From: a virus
Taxonomy: Duplodnaviria; Caudoviricetes
Reading direction: 5' to 3' (one strand)
IMG/VR virus record: IMGVR_UViG_3300033182_001015
Span: 1 to 60,986 of that record
Length of the DNA: 60,986 nucleotides
This document shows positions 25,251 to 33,798 of this stretch, in pieces (the stretch's first letter is position 1; every line of letters starts with the position of its first letter). The notes under the pieces were generated by a model. It did no database searches, had not been told where the DNA came from, and saw nothing but the letters and a program-made list of their open reading frames with translations. The translations under genes and the position numbers were made by a program.

Positions 25251-27933
25251 ATGTCTGATAGAAATTGGCTTCTGACATAAATGAATCGCTTGTATCAAAA
25301 TTAGGAGATGCGCTGTCAGGCAACGATCCAAAACCAGATGCACCTGTCACAACTGATCTATTATTCTGTGGGCCTCTCATTTGATTCATGACGATTGGAA
25401 TAATCTGCGTTGCTTTCTCTTTGATTTCAGAAGATACGTTGGGCATATATCTTTCTAGCATTTCTGTCATGGCAGCTTCAGACACAACTTCGGCTACTTG
25501 ATTTGTATCGCCTTTCATAATTGTGTCGATTACTTCGGCGTTCTCTTCGCCTACAATATTTTCTAAATCACGTTTTAAAGCTCGTCCAGTCGATTCTTCA
25601 TAAACCTTTTTGACTTGTTCATAGTTACCATCTTCTGCAACCTCAATTGCAGTTGACATAATACCTTCAAACTTTTCAACCGGATCAGAGTCAGAGAAAG
25701 CAGTTTGTAACTTAGCAACATTTTCATACGTTTCGGGATAAATCTCGGTTTCAGTAATATCAGAAACACTATTAATACCACCCGTCTCATATGATTCAGT
25801 AACACCGCTTGGTCTCTCACTTGCCAGTGATGGATCATATACTTTTCTTCTTGTAATTTTACCATTTCTTCCTGCAGCAGATCGAGCATTTTGGAAATTC
25901 GTATATACCTTCTCTTCACCGTCTACGACTACAACAAATTCTTCTTTCATTTCATTTCTAATGTCGATACCACTACCTCCATTACCTGCTAATGCTCTAT
26001 CTAAATACGCATCAAATTGATCACGCTCATCTTGAGTCCGAAGATTTTCATGAGCATATTCACGTAATGTCATACCGGTTTTTTCAACCATTTCTTTGTT
26101 TACTTGTTCTAAATGTTCTTGACTTGTAATAGAATCAGCAACATGGAAAATAGCATTCTCATCTTTATTTGCTCTGTCCATAGATTCAATAGCGATATCG
26201 GTTAATGTTGCATCTTCACCGTATTCTTCTGCTAATTCTTCAGTTGTGGCTACTCTATCAACCAATCCTAAAACTTCACCTGCGTTTATCATTGTATCTT
26301 TGAATACTTGACCAATCCTTTCGAATTCTGCTTTAGCAGCACTCATGATTCTACCGCCGATACCTGCAAATGCTTCTTTCCATGCCTCAATTCCTTCTTT
26401 ATCACTTGTAATGGCATCATACATCGCTGCTACGATTTCATCGGCTCCAATAATTTTCCATAAAGATTCACCAAATAATACGCCTATCGCAACACCTAAA
26501 AGACTGCCTGTAAGTGTACCAAAAAAAGGAATAACTAATGTACCTACACCAGTTCCTAATATAGAAAAAATAGTACATATGATCCATGTACCACCAATGA
26601 TTTGCATAAATTCTCTGAGGTTTGCTTTTGTCCTCTTATGGAATTCTTCTTCTGTAATCATTTGTAAAGCCCAAGATAGCGCAGCATCTTTAATAGCAAC
26701 TAACGCATAGAAAGCTGCCATCCATCTGACTGGTTTGGCCAAAAATCCTTTAAATAAAGAAGCAGCTACTGCACCCATTTTACCAATTACACTGGTGACA
26801 TTTGCGATAGCACCTGTAAATGGTTTAATAATTTTTCCAATGAGTTCTGTAAATCCTTTCATTAATTCATATGCGCGCATCGCTTTTGTATTGGGTTTTG
26901 GAGCCCATGCTCTGACTTGAGCGATGCTTTCTGCCATTCTTGCAATACGACTCGGCTGTTGCGGACCAATTGCCATGGCTTTTTCGATTCTAGCAAGTTT
27001 CCAATCACTAAATTTATCAATCATATTAACTGCTATTTGTGCCATACCCCTTTTAATATTTCCGCCCAATGCTCCCAAACCAATAGCAATTTGTGTATAC
27101 TTTTCTTCTATATTATCTAACCATCCGAGATTATCTTCTACAACCTCTCCGAGTGTTGCATCCGGATCATCTGGTTCAAAATCTTTTGCGAGTTGAGCAA
27201 AACCTAATGCAATAGCGGGGAATGCTAGCTTTGTTAATAGATCTTCGAGGAAATTACTTAAACCTGCACTACCTTTCGCTAAAGCTTGCATCGGTCCAAG
27301 CGCTTCTTCTTTTTTCTCAATTGCCTCTTCGTCTCGCCTTCTTTCATTTTGCCTTTTGGTTCTTCTGTTTTCGTCAACAGCATCATCTACAGAATCCGAA
27401 AGGGTATTCATCGCAGCAGTCTGTGCTGCTAATGCACCTATAGAATTAGAAATAGCATTGATTTCCGTGCCCTGTTTAATAGCAGATTCAATTTTTACTG
27501 GAGTATAGTTATCATCGAAATAATTTTCGACTATTTCTTGAGGAGGTATTTTAATATCAAGCGGGGCGTCTTCTATCAGAGTAAGATCAGTACGCTCAGC
27601 AATAGGTGTAAGTGCTTCGAGAGATGCCGGTAGTCCAGCTAGATTTATTTCTGGATCATCTAATTTTATTGATCCAATTCCAGCATTACCGCCTTGTTGA
27701 CCTACGTCTACATTATTAGAACCTGCAGCAGCATCATCACTACCACCACTACCTTTTAATAAACTGCCGACTATAAGAGCATTGCGCATACGCGCGAGCA
27801 TGCCGGCACTTTTACCAACTTTATCGGCAGTTTTACTTGCTGTACGGGCAACACGCGCATTCTTACCTTTGGCCACTCTACGTAAGCCAATGATTAATTT
27901 TCGTATTCCTTTAGCTGCTTTTAATTTAGACAT
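25249..27933 (-). CDS. Probable tape measure / baseplate hub protein (gp29-like)
   Basis: Long helical protein with Gly-rich hydrophobic segments, adjacent to gp2/gp54/gp26/gp51; start reassigned to MSKLKAAK. Confidence 0.6.
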   Translation of the reverse strand: MSKLKAAKGIRKLIIGLRRVAKGKNARVARTASKTADKVGKSAGMLARMRNALIVGSLLKGSGGSDDAAAGSNNVDVGQQGGNAGIGSIKLDDPEINLAGLPASLEALTPIAERTDLTLIEDAPLDIKIPPQEIVENYFDDNYTPVKIESAIKQGTEINAISNSIGALAAQTAAMNTLSDSVDDAVDENRRTKRQNERRRDEEAIEKKEEALGPMQALAKGSAGLSNFLEDLLTKLAFPAIALGFAQLAKDFEPDDPDATLGEVVEDNLGWLDNIEEKYTQIAIGLGALGGNIKRGMAQIAVNMIDKFSDWKLARIEKAMAIGPQQPSRIARMAESIAQVRAWAPKPNTKAMRAYELMKGFTELIGKIIKPFTGAIANVTSVIGKMGAVAASLFKGFLAKPVRWMAAFYALVAIKDAALSWALQMITEEEFHKRTKANLREFMQIIGGTWIICTIFSILGTGVGTLVIPFFGTLTGSLLGVAIGVLFGESLWKIIGADEIVAAMYDAITSDKEGIEAWKEAFAGIGGRIMSAAKAEFERIGQVFKDTMINAGEVLGLVDRVATTEELAEEYGEDATLTDIAIESMDRANKDENAIFHVADSITSQEHLEQVNKEMVEKTGMTLREYAHENLRTQDERDQFDAYLDRALAGNGGSGIDIRNEMKEEFVVVVDGEEKVYTNFQNARSAAGRNGKITRRKVYDPSLASERPSGVTESYETGGINSVSDITETEIYPETYENVAKLQTAFSDSDPVEKFEGIMSTAIEVAEDGNYEQVKKVYEESTGRALKRDLENIVGEENAEVIDTIMKGDTNQVAEVVSEAAMTEMLERYMPNVSSEIKEKATQIIPIVMNQMRGPQNNRSVVTGASGFGSLPDSASPNFDTSDSFMSEANFYQT

Positions 27934-27943
27934 GGGTATATCG

Positions 27944-27973
27944 CATAAATAAGAAAAACTATTTCTATTTATA
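27944..27973. promoter_or_regulatory. Face-to-face divergent late promoters (CATAAATA + 27944-27951; TATAAATA - 27966-27973)
   Basis: Motifs in the 48-bp gap between divergent genes. Confidence 0.6.
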
Positions 27974-27981
27974 AGGCAATC

Positions 27982-28581
27982 GTGGCTACATACATTTTCC
28001 AAAAGATAGCTCAAGAGGGACAAACACAAGATTTTTCTGATGCAGAAGAATCACGTGACTGGTATCGCGATAAAGCTCAATCAATAAAGTCCGTAAATAT
28101 GAAGCGTGAGCTTCGTAATCGCGATCGTACATATAACAAAATGGTAGCTACTGATATCGGTCGTATGTATATGTTTCAATACGACCCGAAAGGCAAAGAT
28201 ACCTTACCTTATTATGATGTGTTTCCTTTGATTTTCGTGTTAGAAAAATATAATGATGGATTTTTAGGCATGAACCTTCATTATTTACCTCCCGTTTTTA
28301 GAGCTCGATTGATGGATCGTTTATATAGCATCGAGAGACAAGATAATTTACGTGAGTCGAAAAAATTAAGATTGAATTATGGTCTACTCAATTCTGTGGC
28401 GAAGTATAAATACTTTAGGCCTACCGTTAAACGCTACTTGAATTCACAGGTAAGATCACGATTTCTTTGGGTACCATATGAAGAATGGGATATCGCATTA
28501 ATGTTACCTACACAGAGATTTAGAAAAGGTAAGGCCAACGTCGTATGGCGCGATTCAAAACAATTAATAACGAGATCATAA
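27982..28581 (+). CDS. gp2: DNA end protector protein (gp2)
   Basis: GRMYMFQYDPK.K..LPYYD.FPL, GMNLHYLP, KRYL...VRS. Confidence 0.92.
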   Translation: MATYIFQKIAQEGQTQDFSDAEESRDWYRDKAQSIKSVNMKRELRNRDRTYNKMVATDIGRMYMFQYDPKGKDTLPYYDVFPLIFVLEKYNDGFLGMNLHYLPPVFRARLMDRLYSIERQDNLRESKKLRLNYGLLNSVAKYKYFRPTVKRYLNSQVRSRFLWVPYEEWDIALMLPTQRFRKGKANVVWRDSKQLITRS

Positions 28582-28582
28582 T

Positions 28583-29104
28583 ATGCCATTTTCTATAGAC
28601 GGATGGAAAGGACAAATGAAGGAAAGTCTGCCTGCTAGCATGTATGAGCTAGCAGTCTCGCCTCCTTCTGGTGGATCTGAATTAATCAGAGTCAGAACAG
28701 AATCTGTGTCTGCTCCGGGTATTTCATTTCTTTCTGTAGATAATTATGCCTATGCTGGTACTGGTATTGCTTTAAATATACCTTATAGATTTAATCCTCA
28801 AGAAGTTAATATGATACATACAATTGATGATGATGGAGAATTATATAGAGTATTTAGAGAATGGGGAAATAAAATTGTAGATCTAGATGGTGGCGAAAAA
28901 TACGCTGCGTACTATTTAAAAGATTATGCTGTAGATATGACTCTGACTATGTTTAAAAGAAATGCACAAGATATGGCGAAAATGGTTATTTTTACAGAAG
29001 CGTTTCCTATGTCAATTGAACCAATTCAATTGAGTTGGGGACAACACGACGAAATAGCAAGATTAAGTGTGAGTTATCGATTCACAAAATTTGAAGTAAT
29101 TTAA
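28583..29104 (+). CDS. gp54: Tail tube-like protein (gp54/gp19 fold)
   Basis: ESVSAPG, F..W...I, AFP.SI.PIQLSW motifs; synteny. Confidence 0.7.
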   Translation: MPFSIDGWKGQMKESLPASMYELAVSPPSGGSELIRVRTESVSAPGISFLSVDNYAYAGTGIALNIPYRFNPQEVNMIHTIDDDGELYRVFREWGNKIVDLDGGEKYAAYYLKDYAVDMTLTMFKRNAQDMAKMVIFTEAFPMSIEPIQLSWGQHDEIARLSVSYRFTKFEVI

Positions 29105-29119
29105 TATTGGAGATATATT

Positions 29120-29830
29120 ATGGCCCTCCCTAAAATTTCAACCCCGACATTTGAGTGCGAATTGCCTTCTACGAAGGAATCAATTCGTTATCGGCCATTT
29201 CTTGTTAAAGAAGAAAAGGTTTTGCTGATTGCAAAAGAATCGGGTGAGAAGGTCGACATCTATAATGCGATTAAAACAATCGTAAATAACTGCGTTTTAA
29301 AAGAAGGCTTTGATGTTAACGATTGTCCGACATGGGACATGGAGTATTTGTTTATTCAAATCCGCTCTGTATCCGTTGGAAACATCGTAAAGTTTAAAGT
29401 CGTTGATAGTAACGATGGCATCGAATATGATTTGCAGTTAGATCTAAACGATGTTGTAGTTCAATTTCCTGAAGAACATGATAACAAAATTATGTTAACT
29501 GATGAGATTGGTCTAACATTGAAATATCCCACACCTGCTTTATCCGATAAAATTACTAATATCGAATCATTAGTAGAACTCAATGAAACAATGATTGGTG
29601 AGTGTATCGATACAATTTTTGACTCTGAAGATGTGTATTCATGGAAACAGGAGTCGAAGAAAGACAAAAAAGAATTTATTGAAAATATGCCGGTCGAGGC
29701 GTTTTCAAAAATTCAAGACTTTTTTAGTTCTTCACCGAAAATTGAGCACATAGTTAACTATACGAATAGCGAAGGCACAGAAAAGAAAGTTGTGTTTAGG
29801 GATCTTGAGGATTTTTTTCAATTGGGCTGA
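29120..29830 (+). CDS. gp26: Baseplate hub assembly protein (gp26)
   Basis: MALPKI..P..E..LPST, YRPFLVKEEK, EYLF.QIRS.SVG, C-terminal LEDFF. Confidence 0.92.
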   Translation: MALPKISTPTFECELPSTKESIRYRPFLVKEEKVLLIAKESGEKVDIYNAIKTIVNNCVLKEGFDVNDCPTWDMEYLFIQIRSVSVGNIVKFKVVDSNDGIEYDLQLDLNDVVVQFPEEHDNKIMLTDEIGLTLKYPTPALSDKITNIESLVELNETMIGECIDTIFDSEDVYSWKQESKKDKKEFIENMPVEAFSKIQDFFSSSPKIEHIVNYTNSEGTEKKVVFRDLEDFFQLG

Positions 29831-29835
29831 GTTAT

Positions 29836-30000
29836 ATGACGCTCTACAATCATTATAAGCTCAACTTTGACGTAACTCAGTCGCACAACTTCTCAATCAC
29901 AGAAATAAATGATATGATACCTTTCGAAAGAGAGGTATATGTAGATCTTATTATTGAGAAAAATAATAAAGAAAAAGAAGGACCTCAGTTAGAATTTTAA
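29836..30000 (+). CDS. gp51: Baseplate hub assembly catalyst (gp51-like), probably reached by -1 frameshift from gp26
   Basis: Hand-translated MTLYNHYKLNFDVTQSHNFSITEINDMIPFEREVYVDL; MIPFEREVY motif. Confidence 0.85.
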   Translation: MTLYNHYKLNFDVTQSHNFSITEINDMIPFEREVYVDLIIEKNNKEKEGPQLEF

Positions 30001-30435
30001 TCCTAACTCTTTTTCTGTGATAATCGTAAATTCCCATCCTCTATCAGCACAATAACTACGCGCTGCTTGCCATTTAGAAGAATTTACACCCCATGTCCTT
30101 ACTTCGTATAAATACCTCTTAGTAAGATTTTTTTGCGGAGTTGGTTCTACGGTTTCTTTAAATGGTTTAATTTCCACTACAACCGTATCCAGTTTCCCTT
30201 CGCTGTTAATCTTCTTAATCCAAAAATCTGGAAAGTATCGATGAACTCTGCCATCGATTGGTGAACGATACGGAATGATCAGCTCTTCACTTGCCCATTC
30301 CTTAATGCCACTATTGTTGTCGAGATATCTCATGAATAGTAACTCCCACCTACTTCGATAAATAATGTTGGTAGGATCGCCACGATACTTACTCGGATTT
30401 TTAGGTTTGAAGACACCTTTATAAGTTTTCGCCAT
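29989..30435 (-). CDS. gp4: Head completion nuclease (gp4)
   Basis: YKG.FKPKNP.KYRGD, YRSRWE, WASEE, HRYFPDF, EIKP, KW.AA. Confidence 0.95.
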   Translation of the reverse strand: MAKTYKGVFKPKNPSKYRGDPTNIIYRSRWELLFMRYLDNNSGIKEWASEELIIPYRSPIDGRVHRYFPDFWIKKINSEGKLDTVVVEIKPFKETVEPTPQKNLTKRYLYEVRTWGVNSSKWQAARSYCADRGWEFTIITEKELGLKF

Positions 30436-30440
30436 ACACA

Positions 30441-30448
30441 TATTTATA
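30441..30448 (-). promoter_or_regulatory. T4-type late promoter TATAAATA
   Basis: 5 nt before the gp4 ATG at 30435. Confidence 0.75.
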
Positions 30449-30457
30449 GGAATAGAC

Positions 30458-31660
30458 ATGGCAAATGACAATCAAATAAGACCGATAGAAACACAATTAA
30501 AACAAAAGTTTTCTTCGTCTGAAAGAACACAGATAAATTCACTCAAGAATTTAGGCGGTGGATTGCCTTCGAAGGCTGGAGGTATTACGTCGAGTGTTAG
30601 TCAACAAGTAAGTAATATCGACGCTCGACAAAAGTCAGCTATGGAGATAGGAGCAAACCTAGCGAAAAAACTTGAGAGCGCTGGAGCATATCCTAAAACA
30701 GCTGAAAGAGTTATTGCTCCTGCTGTTACATCAACTGTCTATGATAAAATTCCTTTGGCCGAAAAGAGAGGCGATCGAGTTTTAAATAAGCGGATTAATG
30801 TCAGACCTAAAAATCCTCGAAAACAAATTCAAAATACTAAAGATAGATTAGTAGGTGAACAAGATTTAAGATTCGCCGGTTTAGAGTTTCCTACTACTTT
30901 GACGTCAGAAGCGGCGTCATATGTTTATCTTCATTTTCAAATTTATAATCGTGGTACACCAGAATCTGGTGGATCATTTTCTCCAGGAGATAAAATATTT
31001 TTACCTATTCCGGAAAACTTGTCTACTGGTTTTAACATGAGATTTGAAGAAAGAGATACCGGCGCGTTAGGAGATCTTGCTAATGGAGATGCAGTAAGAA
31101 ATGCTATTAAAACTTACAAGAATGTAGGTAGTGTAGGAGAAGCTGTTTCAGGAATAACTGTGGGCGAAGCTCAAGATGCAATTAAAGCTATTGCTCAAAG
31201 ATCTATTTTTGCTGGTTTAAATTCAGTCAGTGAAACATTAGGCGGTATTGCTAGTCAAAACGCTGGCATAGTCAATAACCCGTTGCCTACAGTTTTCTTT
31301 AAAGGTATGGATTTGCGTTCATTTACATGGACATGGAAACTTGTGCCTAAATCATCAGAAGATGCAAGCGCAATCAAAAATATTTTAAAAACTTTACGAA
31401 AAAATGTTTTACCAGAAAAATTAGATGGTGAGACTACATATTTAAAATATCCTAATATGGTTTTGCCAAATGTTTTAGAAGCTGGTGGAGCGTCAAATCT
31501 AGATCTATATGGAAAATTTAAAAAGAGTTCGGTAAAAGAATTGCTTATTAATTATACAGCTGAAGGTACATCAGCATATTTTGTTGATGGTCACCCTGTA
31601 GCTATCAATTTGCAAATTACTTTCCAAGAAATTGAAGCGTATACGAAGGAAGATGCATAA
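30458..31660 (+). CDS. gp48: Baseplate tail-tube cap (gp48)
   Basis: IFLPIP, NP...FKG..LRSFT.TWKLVPKS..DA, NYT, L.ITFQE. Confidence 0.85.
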   Translation: MANDNQIRPIETQLKQKFSSSERTQINSLKNLGGGLPSKAGGITSSVSQQVSNIDARQKSAMEIGANLAKKLESAGAYPKTAERVIAPAVTSTVYDKIPLAEKRGDRVLNKRINVRPKNPRKQIQNTKDRLVGEQDLRFAGLEFPTTLTSEAASYVYLHFQIYNRGTPESGGSFSPGDKIFLPIPENLSTGFNMRFEERDTGALGDLANGDAVRNAIKTYKNVGSVGEAVSGITVGEAQDAIKAIAQRSIFAGLNSVSETLGGIASQNAGIVNNPLPTVFFKGMDLRSFTWTWKLVPKSSEDASAIKNILKTLRKNVLPEKLDGETTYLKYPNMVLPNVLEAGGASNLDLYGKFKKSSVKELLINYTAEGTSAYFVDGHPVAINLQITFQEIEAYTKEDA

Positions 31661-32532
31661 TGGATAGACATCAGTATTTTCGTAAGTTTCCTATCACTCC
31701 GTATCGTGGTGTACCATCATTAAATATTTTGAGGAGAGTTGACTTCAACAATAAAGTAAAGAATTTTTTTACTGCTTTCTATGCATTTGATGTAACCGCT
31801 GGTGAAAAGCCAGAAACTATTGCATTCGATTATTATGATGATGTAGATTACGATTGGTTGATATATCATACAAATGATATAATCGATCCGTATCATGGTG
31901 TGGCACTTGAATTAGAAGACTTCGAAAATATGGTAATAAAAAAATATGGTTCAATTGAAAGAGCTCGTAAAATTACCATTATATATAGAACCAACTACGA
32001 AAGTGATATGTCAATTTTACCACTCAATGGTACAGCAAGTTATAGTGCTTTGATCGGAGCCAGAAAAAAATATTGGGAACCAGTATTCACTGCTAATTCA
32101 CTTGCTGGTTATCAAAGAAAGAAAGAAGACATTTATATTTCTACTAATCGTATTATATCTTTTTCTCTTGCATCATCGACAACTACTCCACTAACAGTCG
32201 ATGAAACAGTTACGGCTACAAACGGGGCTACAGCAACAGTCGCTTCATGTACCAACGATTATGTTGTTCTTAAACATATTGACGGCGATTGGGATGGTCC
32301 AACCAGTAATTTTAATGTGACTGGCGATGATTCGAATATTACTGTGACATTTGATTACAATTCTTACAAATTAATACAGCATGTAATACCAGAACTCGAG
32401 CAAATATATTTTACAAAATATAGTGCATATGATTTTTTACTTGATCTGAATGAACAGAAGAGAGCTATATCGTTAGTAGAAAAAGACTATGCTCATGAGC
32501 TAAACAAACAACTTGAAGATTTGATGAAGTAA
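31660..32532 (+). CDS. gp53: Baseplate wedge subunit (gp53)
   Basis: YFRKFP, GEKPETIA..YY.....WLI...N.IIDP (LysM-like), NE.KR.I. Confidence 0.9.
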   Translation: MDRHQYFRKFPITPYRGVPSLNILRRVDFNNKVKNFFTAFYAFDVTAGEKPETIAFDYYDDVDYDWLIYHTNDIIDPYHGVALELEDFENMVIKKYGSIERARKITIIYRTNYESDMSILPLNGTASYSALIGARKKYWEPVFTANSLAGYQRKKEDIYISTNRIISFSLASSTTTPLTVDETVTATNGATATVASCTNDYVVLKHIDGDWDGPTSNFNVTGDDSNITVTFDYNSYKLIQHVIPELEQIYFTKYSAYDFLLDLNEQKRAISLVEKDYAHELNKQLEDLMK

Positions 32533-32538
32533 CGACTT

Positions 32539-33795
32539 ATGAGTCAACCAAAAGATCCAGCACACGTAGAAATATCAAAGATAGAAATGACTACCTTTTC
32601 AGGCGGGAATCCGCGTGACATTAAAAATATAGTACACAGTTTTGATATATTCGAGTCATTAGACAATTACACCGTGACTGCTGATTTTTACATGGCAGAA
32701 GGTGCTGACTTACAACATCTGATGCCCATGGGTGGTGAAGAAATGATTAATATAACATTGCAAACACCAGGAAAAGCATCGATTACATATAAATTCTTTG
32801 TTCATACAATTGAAGGTATGAAATCAAATGATCAAGCGACGTTGAAAACGTATAGAATTTCATGTTGTACAAAAGATTTTTTGTTAAATGCATCTCAAAA
32901 ATATACTAAAAGATATACAGAAATGAAATATGATGTCGCTCTGCAGGCAGTGTTGACAGATATGGGTGCAGAAGAATCGATACAAGAATTAGAACCAACT
33001 ATTGGAAAATTCGATTACGTTGTTAATAATGTCAGGCCGTTTCAAACAATCAGTCTTATTAAAGAGCGCGCCGTATCACCTGATAATAAATCATGTTCAT
33101 ATGTTTTTTATCAAGACAATAAAGGTTATAACTTTCAAACGATAGAAAAGATTATCAAAGATAGAAAAAGCGCCGCGGTTAAATTTACATATGATCCAGG
33201 TCAAAGATTAAACCCATATGAATCAGTAAACTATCGAAATATTTTGCATTACGAAACATTAGGTCAAGGTAATTCAGTTCGTAAAGTACAAGCAGGTGGC
33301 CAAAAAAATCAAGTAAGAGAATTTGACTTTCATCGTGGAACATATTACAAAAAAGAAGAATATGTGAATCAGTCCGATCAAGGAAGTTTTGCACATACTG
33401 ACGATAATAACGACTTTAATAGCGGTGATTTTAACGGATTTACACAAAAATTACCAGGTCGTACGTTGATGACCATAAAAGATGCAACTCGACCTGATAT
33501 GAAACATAACGAGAAGATACATTATCAAAGGGCATTTAGAGAAAAACTAGTACAGCATCAATTACGTGTTCGTGTTTACGGCGATACTAACTTTAGAGTA
33601 GGAGATGTTGTACGATTAGTTATTCCTGAAATTACTGGCGTAAGCAGACCAGTAAATCAACAAGAAATATTTTCTGAAAAATATATTATTACTAATTTAA
33701 AACATCGTTGTAATGCATCGAGAGCTGGTGGTTTTGAACACTTTATGATTATGGATGTTTCGAAGACTGGCAACTACGGCAGACCATTAGGATAA
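32539..33795 (+). CDS. Baseplate hub protein (gp27-like)
   Basis: IFESL, P.GGEE, PF..I, FYQD..GYNF, GD....GDVV, Y.IT...H; lies before gp5. Confidence 0.75.
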   Translation: MSQPKDPAHVEISKIEMTTFSGGNPRDIKNIVHSFDIFESLDNYTVTADFYMAEGADLQHLMPMGGEEMINITLQTPGKASITYKFFVHTIEGMKSNDQATLKTYRISCCTKDFLLNASQKYTKRYTEMKYDVALQAVLTDMGAEESIQELEPTIGKFDYVVNNVRPFQTISLIKERAVSPDNKSCSYVFYQDNKGYNFQTIEKIIKDRKSAAVKFTYDPGQRLNPYESVNYRNILHYETLGQGNSVRKVQAGGQKNQVREFDFHRGTYYKKEEYVNQSDQGSFAHTDDNNDFNSGDFNGFTQKLPGRTLMTIKDATRPDMKHNEKIHYQRAFREKLVQHQLRVRVYGDTNFRVGDVVRLVIPEITGVSRPVNQQEIFSEKYIITNLKHRCNASRAGGFEHFMIMDVSKTGNYGRPLG

Positions 33796-33798
33796 TTT

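Noticed and set aside
27934-28029. Long N-terminal extension of the minus-strand 926-aa ORF
   Set aside because: Overlaps gp2 and the late promoters; the start at 27933 is more plausible
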